DNA of 64,000 bases from assembly GCA_041658325.1 (NCBI GenBank), contig JBBAAI010000001.1, forward strand, positions 154,869 to 218,868, written 5' to 3'. Under the pieces are notes generated by a model. It was not told the origin of the DNA. It saw nothing but the letters and a program-made list of their open reading frames with translations, and did not search any database. The position numbers and the translations under genes are program-made. Of the stretch, positions 29,250-39,079 are shown piece after piece. The DNA is from Minisyncoccota bacterium. Lineage in GTDB: Bacteria; Patescibacteriota; Minisyncoccia; Phycocordibacterales; UBA9973. The stretch's first letter is position 1; the number at the start of each line of letters is the position of its first letter.

Positions 29250-29498
29250 TTATTTAATTGACGAGAATGCGTTACGGAAATCTCCCTTTACTTCAACCCA
29301 ACTTTTTTTGGCAATCTTGAAAATATAAAATATTTCTAAAATTCCCACTGTGTTTAATAAAAGCAATGCCACAAACCATTTCTTTTGGTCGTGTTTTACC
29401 GCTGTCCAAATAGCATAAACCTTCCAAGGGATAGTCCAAAAGAATAATATTAAAACGCCTATAATAAAAAAATTATTTGAATATAATGGGTCGTACAT
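29250..29498 (-). CDS. small hypothetical membrane protein
   Basis: 82 aa with two hydrophobic segments. Confidence 0.35.
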   Translation of the reverse strand: MYDPLYSNNFFIIGVLILFFWTIPWKVYAIWTAVKHDQKKWFVALLLLNTVGILEIFYIFKIAKKSWVEVKGDFRNAFSSIK

Positions 29499-29543
29499 AT
29501 AAACATAATATCAGAAAAACGTTTTTTATGCTAGTATTTTACT

Positions 29544-29996
29544 ATGGCATTTTCTGGAAGATTTTTGGGTATTGATTATGGGACGAAGAGAATTGGGGTG
29601 GCAGTTTCAGATGAAAACTGCATCCTAGCGTTTCCAAAAGAGATTGTCCAAAATGATAAAAATACTTTTGATAAACTAGGTGAGATAATAAAAAGAGAAA
29701 AAATAGTAGAAATTGTGATCGGAGAGTCAGTAGATTTTTCTGGCAAGCTCAATGCGTTGTCAGGAAGGATTGAAGTTTTTATTTTGGAATTAAAGGAAAA
29801 ATTTAATTTACCCGTACAAAAACAAAAAGAATTTTTAACTTCAGTAGAAGCGAGAAAATCTAAAGAAGGCAAAAAAGATTTGAACAAAACACAAGCACAT
29901 AGCAAAGTAAAACAAATAAAATCTGGCCGAGTAGATGCTGGGGCCGCGGCATTAATTTTACAAAGATATTTAGACAAAAAGAATAAAGGGAATTAA
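29544..29996 (+). CDS. ruvX: putative pre-16S rRNA nuclease / Holliday junction resolvase-like YqgF
   Basis: FLGIDYGTKRIGVAVSD N-terminus typical of YqgF/RuvX. Confidence 0.75.
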   Translation: MAFSGRFLGIDYGTKRIGVAVSDENCILAFPKEIVQNDKNTFDKLGEIIKREKIVEIVIGESVDFSGKLNALSGRIEVFILELKEKFNLPVQKQKEFLTSVEARKSKEGKKDLNKTQAHSKVKQIKSGRVDAGAAALILQRYLDKKNKGN

Positions 29997-30000
29997 AAAT

Positions 30001-30330
30001 ATGATAAACATAGAAGATTTTAAAAAAGTTGAGATTGTTGTTGGAAAAATTTTATCTGCAGAAAAAGTTCCTGAAACAGATAAATTATTAAAGCTATCTG
30101 TTGATTTGGGTGAAATTTCTCCACGGCAAATAGTTTCAGGGATTTCCTTATATTTCCCAGATTGTTCTGTTTTGGTTGGTAAAAAATGTATGTTTGTGGC
30201 TAATCTAGAAACTAGAGTAATTCGTGGCTTGGAAAGTCATGGAATGATCTTGGCAGTTTCTACTGAAGATGGTAAATTTTCTCTCTTAGAGCCAAATGGC
30301 GAAATCCCTATCGGTGCGCATGCAAAATAA
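30001..30330 (+). CDS. tRNA-binding protein (Trbp111/CsaA-like OB-fold)
   Basis: FKKVEIVVGKILSAEKVPETDKLLKLSVDLGE matches EMAP/Trbp tRNA-binding domain. Confidence 0.7.
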   Translation: MINIEDFKKVEIVVGKILSAEKVPETDKLLKLSVDLGEISPRQIVSGISLYFPDCSVLVGKKCMFVANLETRVIRGLESHGMILAVSTEDGKFSLLEPNGEIPIGAHAK

Positions 30331-30365
30331 TGGCGATAAAAAGATAGATATCGTATAATATTAGT

Positions 30366-31460
30366 ATGTTTAGGAATTCATTTAATAAATTTTTTCTCAG
30401 ATTTTTTCCTGCACCCAATTTTCTAATGGCTCCTTCTTTTGGTTTAGATATTTCAGATGAGTCATTAAAGTTTGTGGAGCTCGTGACGACAAAAAACGGC
30501 ATTAGAACGGGAAGATATGGAGAACGTAAAATTCCGGTTGGTATTATTGAATCAGGTAAAATAAAAAACCCAGCAAAACTAAAAGAAGTTTTACTTTCAT
30601 TGCGAAAAGAAGAAGGGATGAAGTTTGTGCGAGTTTCTTTGCCAGAAGAACAGGTGTATCTATTTGCTCTTCGGTTGGAAAAAGCAGGCTTAAAAAATCT
30701 TAGAGAGGGAATTGAGCTTGCCCTTGAAGAACATATTCCGATATCAGCTCAAGATGCCATTTTTGATTATGATTTGATTAATGAGGATGCACAAAGTTTA
30801 GAAGTTCAGGTTGCTGCTATCCCTAAAAATGTAATTGAAAACTACCTTTCTGTTTTTAGAGATTCTTTGATGTCAGTTCAATCTCTCGAACTTGAAGCTC
30901 AAGCCATTTCTCGGGCTGTTATCAAAAAAAATGACTTAGAAACTTATATGATTGTAGATTTTGGTCAAACTCGCACGGGTATTTTTATTATTTCTCGAGG
31001 TGTTGTAGTTTTTACGTCTACTCTTGATGTTGGTGGAGCTTTGCTGAATAATATGATTCAAAAAAATTTCAATATAAGTTTTGAAGAGGCGGAAAAAATG
31101 AAGCGACAATATGGTCTTCAGCGCAATGTGGAGAATAAAGAAATATTCGCAGTGCTTTTAAATAGTGTCTCTATTTTACGTGACGAAATAGATAAACATT
31201 ATTTATATTGGCATACACATAAGAACGAAGAAGGGAAAAATTATCCACCCATTAAAAAAATAATTCTTTGTGGGGGAGACTCCAATCTTATAGGTCTTTC
31301 TGAGTACTTGTCTGTTAGTATGAAAAGTAAAGTAGAAATGGCGAATGTTTGGATCAACATAACAGAAACAGAAAAATCTGTTCCAGAAATAAGTTTTGAC
31401 CAGTCACTTGCTTTTGCGTCTGCTTTAGGGCTTGCGTTAGGGGATTTTGATTATGATTAA
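30366..31460 (+). CDS. pilM: type IV pilus assembly protein PilM (actin-like ATPase fold)
   Basis: FGLDISDESLKFVEL N-terminus and length; followed by PilN/PilO-like genes. Confidence 0.7.
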   Translation: MFRNSFNKFFLRFFPAPNFLMAPSFGLDISDESLKFVELVTTKNGIRTGRYGERKIPVGIIESGKIKNPAKLKEVLLSLRKEEGMKFVRVSLPEEQVYLFALRLEKAGLKNLREGIELALEEHIPISAQDAIFDYDLINEDAQSLEVQVAAIPKNVIENYLSVFRDSLMSVQSLELEAQAISRAVIKKNDLETYMIVDFGQTRTGIFIISRGVVVFTSTLDVGGALLNNMIQKNFNISFEEAEKMKRQYGLQRNVENKEIFAVLLNSVSILRDEIDKHYLYWHTHKNEEGKNYPPIKKIILCGGDSNLIGLSEYLSVSMKSKVEMANVWINITETEKSVPEISFDQSLAFASALGLALGDFDYD

Positions 31461-31995
31461 TTTAATTCCAAATCAAGAAAAGAAAAAGAGAGTAAAAGAT
31501 TTTTATCTTAGGCTTGTTGTCGTGTGTTTTGTTTTGTTAAGTTTTTGTGTTCTCATTGGTTCTGTTTCTATTTTACCATCTTATTTTCTTTCTTCTGTTA
31601 ATAAAAACCTAGCTAATAAAAGACTAGAGGCACAAAAAAAAGAGCCCGTTCCTTTGATTGACCAGAGTTCTCTTCTTATGATAGAAGATTTAAATAAAAA
31701 ATTAAGTCTGATTGAAAATGCTGAAAAAAATAAATATCCTATATCCCAGAAAGTGATAAATGAAATAATTCTAAAAAAAATGGCTGATATTAAAATCAAT
31801 CAAATTACTTATAAAAACAGTACTTTAGATGGTAAAAAAATAACTATCCGTGGAATGGCTCCAAGTCGTGAACGATTATTGTTGTTTCGTCGTGCTCTCG
31901 AAGATAATTCCGTTTTTAAAAAAGTTGATTTACCAATTTCAAGTTTTGTAAAGGGTTTTAATATAGAATTTAGTTTGACCCTAATTCCTTCTTAA
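31447..31995 (+). CDS. pilN: type IV pilus assembly protein PilN-like
   Basis: INLIP motif at N-terminus followed by a single TM and periplasmic domain. Confidence 0.6.
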   Translation: MIMINLIPNQEKKKRVKDFYLRLVVVCFVLLSFCVLIGSVSILPSYFLSSVNKNLANKRLEAQKKEPVPLIDQSSLLMIEDLNKKLSLIENAEKNKYPISQKVINEIILKKMADIKINQITYKNSTLDGKKITIRGMAPSRERLLLFRRALEDNSVFKKVDLPISSFVKGFNIEFSLTLIPS

Positions 31996-32000
31996 ATAAT

Positions 32001-32558
32001 ATGAAAAGTAATCCTTACAATTCTCCAAATTTTAAAAAAAAGCCGTTGATTATTTCAATAGTTTTTCTTTTGTTTTCTTGTCTTGCTTTCTTTTTTTTAT
32101 ATAAAGAAATTAATAATAATAAAAAGATTGAAGAATTAGCCCAAACAGAGTGGCAGAACGAAGCAAACAGGCGCGAGGGAATAAAATTACTGGATCGTTC
32201 AATTAAAACCATAAGCGAAGAGAGAGCTTCACTGGAATCCCACTTTGCGCAAAGTTCCGATGTTGTCCCTTTTTTGGATACTCTGGAAAAATTAGCATTT
32301 TCTGTTGGAGCTAAGCATGAAGTTGTTTCAGTTGATATTTCGGAAGACAAAACTGGACTTTCTGTTGGGCTGAAAGCCTCAGGTAGTTTTGAAGTAATTT
32401 ATAAATTTTTAACACTTTTAGAAAATTCCCCATATGAATTAGAATTTACTTCAGTTGATATTCAAAAACTAGAAACACAAACTATTTCTGCAAAAAAAGT
32501 TGTTGTTCCACAATGGGGGGCTGTTTTTAAAATAAAACTTTTAAGCTTTGTTCTGTAA
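32001..32558 (+). CDS. pilO: type IV pilus assembly protein PilO-like
   Basis: N-terminal TM then coiled coil; position after pilMN. Confidence 0.5.
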   Translation: MKSNPYNSPNFKKKPLIISIVFLLFSCLAFFFLYKEINNNKKIEELAQTEWQNEANRREGIKLLDRSIKTISEERASLESHFAQSSDVVPFLDTLEKLAFSVGAKHEVVSVDISEDKTGLSVGLKASGSFEVIYKFLTLLENSPYELEFTSVDIQKLETQTISAKKVVVPQWGAVFKIKLLSFVL

Positions 32559-32589
32559 GTTGGTTGCGTAAATTTTTTAGTAAAAATAC

Positions 32590-32898
32590 ATGAAAATAAA
32601 AATATTTAAAAATAAAAAAAGTTTTAAAAAAGGAGGAGTTCATACTAGTCCGAACACTATTTGGGGATTTGTTCTTTGCGCGGCCTTTGGTTTAACGCTT
32701 ATGTTTTTTATTTTTGGAGCTTATCTTTTTATCCAAACAAAACAAGAATTCGTTTTGCCAGCCACGAATGAAAATGGGCAAGCTCCAAAAGTGAACAAGG
32801 AACGTATTTTAAAAGTATTAAATTATTTTTTTGAAAGAGAAAAAAAATCGGTTGAAATTTTAAACTCTCCATCACCCATCGTTGACCCGTCACTATAA
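32590..32898 (+). CDS. small membrane protein, possibly a pilus-assembly accessory
   Basis: 102 aa, one TM; last gene of the pilMNO cluster. Confidence 0.3.
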   Translation: MKIKIFKNKKSFKKGGVHTSPNTIWGFVLCAAFGLTLMFFIFGAYLFIQTKQEFVLPATNENGQAPKVNKERILKVLNYFFEREKKSVEILNSPSPIVDPSL

Positions 32899-32903
32899 AA
32901 TTT

Positions 32904-32978
32904 TGGTGCCCTTGGTAGGAATCGAACCTACATCAAGGCCTTAGAAGAGCCTCGTTCTATCCATTGAACTACAAGGGC
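32904..32978 (-). tRNA. tRNA-Arg (anticodon TCT) with encoded CCA
   Basis: Reverse complement: gcccttg acceptor, gttcaatggatagaac D-arm, anticodon loop ctTCTaa, T-arm gtaggttcgattcctac, caagggc-a-cca. Confidence 0.8.
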
Positions 32979-32982
32979 AGGG

Positions 32983-33055
32983 TGCGCGGTAAGGGACTCG
33001 AACCCCTGACCTTCCCGGTGTAAACGGGTTGCTCTACCAACTGAGCTAACCGCGC
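32983..33055 (-). tRNA. tRNA-Val (anticodon TAC)
   Basis: Reverse complement: gcgcggt acceptor, gctcagttggtagagc D-arm, anticodon loop ttTACac, T-arm aggggttcgagtccctt; 4 nt upstream of tRNA-Arg. Confidence 0.8.
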
Positions 33056-33103
33056 AGAAAACGAACGCTTGTAATTGTAGAACATTTTTACTAAGATTTC
33101 AAT

Positions 33104-33805
33104 ATGAAAATAAAAATCTTATACGAAGACCCTAATATTTTAGCGATAGACAAACCATCTGGTATTTCGGTGCATGGAGATGGACGAAGCAAGAAAAAAA
33201 CGATTGCTGATTGGATTTTAAAAAATTACCCAAAAATGAAAAACGTGGGGGAACCCATGGAAGGAATTCCACGTCCTGGTATTGTTCATAGATTAGACAA
33301 TGAAACTTCTGGAGTTTTACTTTTAGCAAAAAATGAAAAAGCATATCAGTTTTTGAAAAGTCAATTCAAAAACAGAGAAATTAAGAAAACTTATTTGGCT
33401 ATTATTTCTGGCCATGTAAAAAATGATAGAGGGATAATTAATAAGCTGATTGGCCGAAGTCCTAAAGATTTTCGTCGACATTTGGCTGGTCGTGGAGCGA
33501 GAGGTGAGATGCGTGAAGCCATTACAGAATATAAAGTTTTAAAAAGACTTGAGATTTTGCATAGTAAATTTACTTATTTAGAAATAAAACCTAAAACTGG
33601 TCGAACACATCAGATTCGTGTGCATATGAAGTATTTAAATCATCCTGTGGTTTGCGATTCTCTTTATAATCCTAGTGCGCCTTGTCCAAAAGAAATAAAA
33701 CGATTAGCACTTCACGCGAAATCCATAGAATTTAAAAATTTGAAAGGGGAGACAGTAAAAGTAGAATCACCAGTGCCAAAAGAATTCATAAAATTGCAAA
33801 AATAA
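33104..33805 (+). CDS. RluA family pseudouridine synthase
   Basis: HRLDNETSGVLLLAKNEKAY catalytic motif. Confidence 0.8.
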   Translation: MKIKILYEDPNILAIDKPSGISVHGDGRSKKKTIADWILKNYPKMKNVGEPMEGIPRPGIVHRLDNETSGVLLLAKNEKAYQFLKSQFKNREIKKTYLAIISGHVKNDRGIINKLIGRSPKDFRRHLAGRGARGEMREAITEYKVLKRLEILHSKFTYLEIKPKTGRTHQIRVHMKYLNHPVVCDSLYNPSAPCPKEIKRLALHAKSIEFKNLKGETVKVESPVPKEFIKLQK

Positions 33806-33831
33806 AGCGTTTGTGTTAAATTAAACCCACT

Positions 33832-34239
33832 ATGGCAGGAAATAAAATCACAAAAATAAAATTTAGCCCGGTAGATATTGAAGAGCGAAAGAAGCTTGAT
33901 TTCAAAGCGGGGGACACTGTTAATGTTTCTTCTAAAATTCTTGATGAAAAAGGTAAATATCGTTTGCAGTCTTTCGAAGGAATTGTGTTAGCAAGAAAAC
34001 ACGGCAAAGAGGCAGGAGCTACTTTTACTGTTCGCAAGGTTGCTTCTGGAGTAGGAATAGAAAGAATTTTTCCGCTTTATTCTCCGATGATAGAAAAGGT
34101 TGAAATAACCAAAAGATCTCGTGCTCGTAGGTCAAAATTGTATTATATTCGTACTAAAGCTGTAAAAGACGTTCGCCGAAAAATGCGTTCTGTTGTAAAT
34201 AAAGTAGAAACAATAGAACCAGAAGTGGTGGAAAAATAA
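33832..34239 (+). CDS. rplS: 50S ribosomal protein L19
   Basis: FKAGDTVNVSSKILDEKGKYRLQSFEGIVLA typical L19. Confidence 0.85.
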   Translation: MAGNKITKIKFSPVDIEERKKLDFKAGDTVNVSSKILDEKGKYRLQSFEGIVLARKHGKEAGATFTVRKVASGVGIERIFPLYSPMIEKVEITKRSRARRSKLYYIRTKAVKDVRRKMRSVVNKVETIEPEVVEK

Positions 34240-34251
34240 AGCAATTTTTTT

Positions 34252-34335
34252 GCCCAGGTGGCGAAACTGGTAGACGTACTACCTTGAGGTGGTAGCGCCC
34301 GCAAGGGCATGGGAGTTCAAATCTCCCCCTGGGCA
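34252..34335 (+). tRNA. tRNA-Leu (anticodon GAG)
   Basis: gcccagg acceptor, anticodon stem ctacc/ggtag with loop ttGAGgt, long variable arm, T-arm gggagttcaaatctccc. Confidence 0.8.
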
Positions 34336-34339
34336 CAAA

Positions 34340-34410
34340 AGCGAAGCTTTTGTGGGTCCGCAGCGCGACGGCGCGAGGAGCGGGCTGCGAAATTTTTCAG
34401 CAGAAAAATA
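34340..34410. other. GC-rich hairpin-rich spacer between tRNA-Leu and tRNA-His
   Basis: cacaaaagc gaa gcttttgtg hairpin then gcagcgcgacggcgcgaggagcgggctgc in otherwise AT-rich DNA. Confidence 0.3.
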
Positions 34411-34463
34411 TTTGTGGTCAAAAATAATTTGAGTAGCATTTCTCTATATTTTTTGTTATAAAT

Positions 34464-34538
34464 AACCACACATGGTGCCTATAGTGTAATGGTTAGCACT
34501 AGAGCTTGTGGAGCTCTCGGTCAGGGTTCGAATCCCTG
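34464..34538 (+). tRNA. tRNA-His (anticodon GTG) with encoded G-1
   Basis: Extra 5' G pairing with C73; anticodon stem agagc/gctct with loop ttGTGga; T-arm cagggttcgaatccctg. Confidence 0.75.
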
Positions 34539-34579
34539 TAGGCACCCATTTTTCTTTTTATTTTGTATAATATAAATAT

Positions 34580-35968
34580 ATGAAAGAAATAAAATTATTT
34601 CCGGAACCAATTTCTTTTAGAAAACTTATCGGTCCGAGTTTCATTATTCTTGCTCTCGGACTCGGATCTGGGGAAGTTATTTTGTGGCCATATCTTGCGG
34701 CCAATTATGGTTTAGGTATTGCTTGGGGAGCGATTTTGGGAATTACTTTTCAGTATTTTATGAATATGGAAATAGAACGCTATGCTCTCGTAAAAGGCGA
34801 GAGTGTTTTTGTCGGCATTTATAAATTATGGAAGCCCGCGGTCTATTGGTTTATTGTTTCTACTTTTATTGGCTTTGGTTTGCCGGGGATCGTCGCTGCT
34901 TCAGCGAAAGTTATGTCTAGTGTTCTCGGAATTGCTGATTTTAAATGGGTAGCAATTTTATTTTTGATAATTGCTGGACTTATTTTAAGTATGGGCAAGA
35001 CGGTTTATGGAATGATGGAGCGATTGACCAAAATTATTATTATGATCGGCGTCCCTTTTATATTTTTACTAGCTGTTTTTTTGGCCACAAAAACTGATTG
35101 GTCTGCGCTATTTGGCGGGTTAATCGGCAAAGGAGAAGGGTTTTGGTTTTTACCTGAAGGGATAAGTATTGCGACATTTCTTGCCGCCTTTGCGTACTCG
35201 GGTGCCGGTGGAAATTTAAATTTAACTCAATCGATTTACATAAAAGAAAAAGGTTACGGTATGGGAATTTACTCACAAAAAATTGCTAGCTTGTTTTCTA
35301 AAGAAAAAGATCAAGAAATTGTTTTAGACGGTACGGACTGCGCGGGGACAGAAGAAGACGTCAGTCGTTTCAAAAAATGGTGGAAACTGATTAGCATCGA
35401 ACATGCTTTTGTTTTTTGGTTTTTAGGTGCTATTTCTATGATTTTTTTAATGCTTTTGTCTTATGCCACTACTCACGGTTTGGCTGGAAATGTCGAGGGA
35501 ATAAATTTTGTTATAAACGAAGGAAGAGTTATCGGCGAAATTATTTTACCATCTGTCGGAGTGTTGTTTTTGGTGGTAGTTTCTATAATGTTATTTCAAA
35601 CACATTTGGGTGTCACAGATTCCACTTCTCGTATCATGGCGGAGAATTTAGCAATTAGAAAAGTGCACGGGAAAGAAGGAGTAAAAATTAATCTTTCTAG
35701 GATATATTATATTTTTGTTTGGGCACAGATTATTTTTGGAATAATTTTGTTTCTATTTAATTTTTATGAACCGAAAACACTAATAGTTTTAGGCGCAGTG
35801 ATTAACGCTTTTGCTATGTTTGTGCACTTGGCTTTAGTCTTTTGGCTCAATCACAAGAGCTTGCCGAAAGTTTTCCGCCCAACTGTGTTACGAAAGATAA
35901 TAATCGGAATTATCTTTATTTTCTTTGGAGTTTTTAGTTTTATTGTGCTGAAAGATAAGTTGTTTTAA
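34580..35968 (+). CDS. NRAMP-family divalent metal transporter-like membrane protein
   Basis: 462 aa, about 11-12 TM; N-terminal GPSFIILALGLGSGEVILWP resembles the Nramp consensus region. Confidence 0.45.
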   Translation: MKEIKLFPEPISFRKLIGPSFIILALGLGSGEVILWPYLAANYGLGIAWGAILGITFQYFMNMEIERYALVKGESVFVGIYKLWKPAVYWFIVSTFIGFGLPGIVAASAKVMSSVLGIADFKWVAILFLIIAGLILSMGKTVYGMMERLTKIIIMIGVPFIFLLAVFLATKTDWSALFGGLIGKGEGFWFLPEGISIATFLAAFAYSGAGGNLNLTQSIYIKEKGYGMGIYSQKIASLFSKEKDQEIVLDGTDCAGTEEDVSRFKKWWKLISIEHAFVFWFLGAISMIFLMLLSYATTHGLAGNVEGINFVINEGRVIGEIILPSVGVLFLVVVSIMLFQTHLGVTDSTSRIMAENLAIRKVHGKEGVKINLSRIYYIFVWAQIIFGIILFLFNFYEPKTLIVLGAVINAFAMFVHLALVFWLNHKSLPKVFRPTVLRKIIIGIIFIFFGVFSFIVLKDKLF

Positions 35969-35979
35969 AAACTTTTAAG

Positions 35980-36393
35980 TTATTTTTTCTCTTCCACCTC
36001 TTTATCTATATGTTCTAGTTTTTCTTCCACTCTTTTTAGAGTTTTTTGTAGATTTTTGAGTTGCATTTCTTCTGTTTCAAGTTCAGCTTCTTCTTTTTCT
36101 TCTATTTTTCTTTCCCCAACTAAGCCAGAAATAATGAGTTTACTTCCCACAAAAGCAGAAACGAATATTCCTGTCATAAGAAGCATGATACTCCCTATTA
36201 CCAATGAGGTAATTGAGCTGATGCTTATGTCGTCTGCAATATGCCAAACACCGCGCCAGAACAACACTACTCCGATGCCTCCAATAAACGCATAAAGAAT
36301 AGGATAATGGCTTAATTTTCCCCTTATTTTATTTTCCAACTTATCAAAAAATTTAATAATATTTTTTATTAGCATATAGTCTATATAATACAC
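35980..36393 (-). CDS. hypothetical membrane protein with C-terminal Glu/Lys-rich coiled coil
   Basis: 137 aa; two TM helices then EEKEEAELETEEMQLKNLQ. Confidence 0.35.
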   Translation of the reverse strand: MYYIDYMLIKNIIKFFDKLENKIRGKLSHYPILYAFIGGIGVVLFWRGVWHIADDISISSITSLVIGSIMLLMTGIFVSAFVGSKLIISGLVGERKIEEKEEAELETEEMQLKNLQKTLKRVEEKLEHIDKEVEEKK

Positions 36394-36488
36394 TAAATTA
36401 TGCTAGTATAAAAGGACGTGTCCCGTACTAAATTTTTGATTACGGGGCGTAAAAGTAAAAGATTATTAATTAAAATTTTAGTACCGGG

Positions 36489-36935
36489 ATGAAAAAAGTT
36501 TCAAAAAATGTGAAAGAAACAATGGAAATAGCTAAGATTTTTCTTGAAAAAATTCTGAAAGAAAAAAAAATCACAAAAGACGCAACGGTAGTTTGCCTTT
36601 CTGGTAATTTAGGCGCGGGTAAAACAGCCTTTACTCAAGGGATAGCAAAATGTTTAGGAGTAAAAAATAAAGTTGTTAGCCCTACTTTTGTTATATTCAA
36701 AAAATACCCAATAAAAACGAAAAAACATAAATTTTTGTACCACATGGATGCCTATCGTTTAAAAAACAAAAAAGAGCTGCTACCCCTAGGGTGGAAAGAA
36801 ATTATTGGCAACGATGAGCACTTAGTTTTTATTGAATGGCCAGAAAATATCAACAAGGCAATTCCCAAAAATGCTAAATATATTTATATTTCCAATAATA
36901 AAAATGAAGAAAGAATTTTAGAATTAAAAGCATGA
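36489..36935 (+). CDS. tsaE: tRNA t6A37 biosynthesis ATPase TsaE
   Basis: P-loop LSGNLGAGKTAFTQG; about 150 aa. Confidence 0.7.
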   Translation: MKKVSKNVKETMEIAKIFLEKILKEKKITKDATVVCLSGNLGAGKTAFTQGIAKCLGVKNKVVSPTFVIFKKYPIKTKKHKFLYHMDAYRLKNKKELLPLGWKEIIGNDEHLVFIEWPENINKAIPKNAKYIYISNNKNEERILELKA

Positions 36936-37435
36936 ATCTTTTTGAGGATGAAAAATTAATTGAAACGCTTTCTCGTGGTGGGGTAGTGGTTATGCCGACT
37001 GACACTATTTATGGAATTGTGGGACAAGCGCTCGATCAAGAAACCGTTAAGCGGATTTATGAGATTAAAAAAAGAGCGCCGGAAAAAAAATGCATCATTT
37101 TGATCGGTGATTGGAGCGAGACAAATAAATTCGGGATTGATGTCTCTCAGTTTAAAATTCCTGAATATGAGGAACCGACCAGTTTTATTATCGAAAACAT
37201 TGCCTTTCGTGTGCCTGTGCAGGCAGGTTTGCGGGATTTATTAAAAAAAACAGGCCCACTTATCGTTCCATCGGCCAACCCTGAAGGACTACCTCCGGCA
37301 GAGAATATTGCAGAAGCCAAAAATTATTTTGGCGACGAGGTGGACTTATATATAGATGGAGGCACGATAACAGGAAAAGCGTCTAAGCTTATTAAATTGC
37401 ATAAAGATGGGTCTGTTAGTATACTTAGGGAGTAA
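36932..37435 (+). CDS. tsaC: L-threonylcarbamoyladenylate synthase TsaC/YrdC
   Basis: VVVMPTDTIYGI motif; YrdC-length; translationally coupled to tsaE. Confidence 0.75.
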   Translation: MNLFEDEKLIETLSRGGVVVMPTDTIYGIVGQALDQETVKRIYEIKKRAPEKKCIILIGDWSETNKFGIDVSQFKIPEYEEPTSFIIENIAFRVPVQAGLRDLLKKTGPLIVPSANPEGLPPAENIAEAKNYFGDEVDLYIDGGTITGKASKLIKLHKDGSVSILRE

Positions 37436-37460
37436 CAGCATAATATCTAATATAAAAAAT

Positions 37461-37991
37461 ATGTCACAAAATAATGATTTTTTTTCTTCTTTAGTCCCAA
37501 ACGAAAAAAGAGAACAGAGGAAAGAAATTTTTAAGAGTATAAAAGCAAAGACCGATGCAGAAAGAACAATGCCAGAAAAAATTGCCGACTGGATGACTTC
37601 AAATTTTGGCAGTATGACCTTTTTACTTATAAATGTCTGCATATTTATTGCCTGGATAGTGATTAACATAATTGAAATAGAAACAGTTCCTTCTTTTGAT
37701 CCCTTTCCCTTTAATCTTCTAACTACTTTTGTCTCGCTGGAGGCCATCATCCTAGCTATTTTCGTGCTCATTTCGCAGAATCGCAGCGCTAAAATAGCAG
37801 ATCTAAGAGAAGAAACTCAATTACAATTAGATCTTGTTTCGGAAAGAGAAATTACCGAGCTTATTAAAATGCTAATTGTTCTATTAGAAAAACAAGGGAT
37901 AGATTTATCAAAGAACCTCGAAATTAAAAAAATGATTCTCCCGCTCAACGAGGAAGAAATAGAAAAAAAATTGGAAAAAGAAATTTTGTAA
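37461..37991 (+). CDS. DUF1003-like membrane protein
   Basis: Two TM helices; FDPFPFNLLTTFVSLEAIILAIFVLISQNR resembles the DUF1003 core. Start taken at MSQNND (37461). Confidence 0.45.
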   Translation: MSQNNDFFSSLVPNEKREQRKEIFKSIKAKTDAERTMPEKIADWMTSNFGSMTFLLINVCIFIAWIVINIIEIETVPSFDPFPFNLLTTFVSLEAIILAIFVLISQNRSAKIADLREETQLQLDLVSEREITELIKMLIVLLEKQGIDLSKNLEIKKMILPLNEEEIEKKLEKEIL

Positions 37992-39025
37992 TGGAAATTT
38001 TACGAGATTATAACTTATCTGAATTAAACACTTTCGGCATAAAAGTTAATGCAAAATTTTTTATAGAAATAGCTTCTGAAAAAGATTTAACAGAACTTTT
38101 TAACTCGCCAGAATTTAGGCAAAACGAAAAACTATTTTTAGGAGGAGGAAGCAATGTTCTATTTACCAAAGATTTTGAGGGAATAGTTGTTTTAAATAAA
38201 ATAAAAGGAATAGAAATTCTTAAAGAAGATTCTGAAAATGTTCTTGTCCGGGCGATGGGTGGAGAAATTTGGCACGACCTTGTAATGTTTGCGGTAAATC
38301 GTGGATATTGGGGTATTGAAAATTTATCGCTTATTCCTGGCACTGTCGGGGCTGCACCGGTACAAAATATCGGGGCCTATGGTGTTGAAATTAAAGATGT
38401 TTTAGAAAACGTTGAAGCTTTTGAAGTTGAGACAGGCATAAAAAAATTTTTTAGTAAAGAAGAATGTGGATTAGATTATCGAGACAGTATTTTTAAAAAT
38501 AAAGCTAAAGGAAAATATTTTATTTCAGCAATAACTGTAAAATTAGGAAAAATAAATAAAAAAAATGTCGAATATAAATCACTCAAAGAATATTTAGAAA
38601 AAAATAGAATTGAAATTCACAACCCAAAGGATGTAAGCGATGTGGTAGTGGCTATCCGTCAAGATAAATTGCCAGATCCAAAGATCTTAGGCAATGCCGG
38701 CAGTTTTTTCAAAAATGTTTATGTGGACGAAATTAAATTAAAAACGCTGCAAGAAAAATTCTCAGATATTCCATTTTTTAGAGAAGGAGCGGGAATAAAA
38801 ATTCCGGCTGGTTGGCTCGTAGAACAATGCGGCCCACACCACGGCGGGGCAAGCTGGAAGGAAAAGAGAATAGGTAATGTTGGCGTTTACGAAAAACAGG
38901 CTTTAGTGTTGGTAAATTACGGCGGAGCAAGTGGGGAAGAACTTGTAGAATTAGCTAAGAATATTATTGTGTCCGTTGAAGAAAAATTTAGCCTTGAATT
39001 GGTGCCAGAAGTCAATATTGTGTAA
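37991..39025 (+). CDS. murB: UDP-N-acetylenolpyruvoylglucosamine reductase
   Basis: FAD-binding LGGGSNVLF motif; 344 aa long-type MurB. Confidence 0.75.
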   Translation: MEILRDYNLSELNTFGIKVNAKFFIEIASEKDLTELFNSPEFRQNEKLFLGGGSNVLFTKDFEGIVVLNKIKGIEILKEDSENVLVRAMGGEIWHDLVMFAVNRGYWGIENLSLIPGTVGAAPVQNIGAYGVEIKDVLENVEAFEVETGIKKFFSKEECGLDYRDSIFKNKAKGKYFISAITVKLGKINKKNVEYKSLKEYLEKNRIEIHNPKDVSDVVVAIRQDKLPDPKILGNAGSFFKNVYVDEIKLKTLQEKFSDIPFFREGAGIKIPAGWLVEQCGPHHGGASWKEKRIGNVGVYEKQALVLVNYGGASGEELVELAKNIIVSVEEKFSLELVPEVNIV

Positions 39026-39079
39026 ATAAGAAATGAGGTATAATAGGGTTATTAATAATCTAATTAAATTTTTTAAGTT

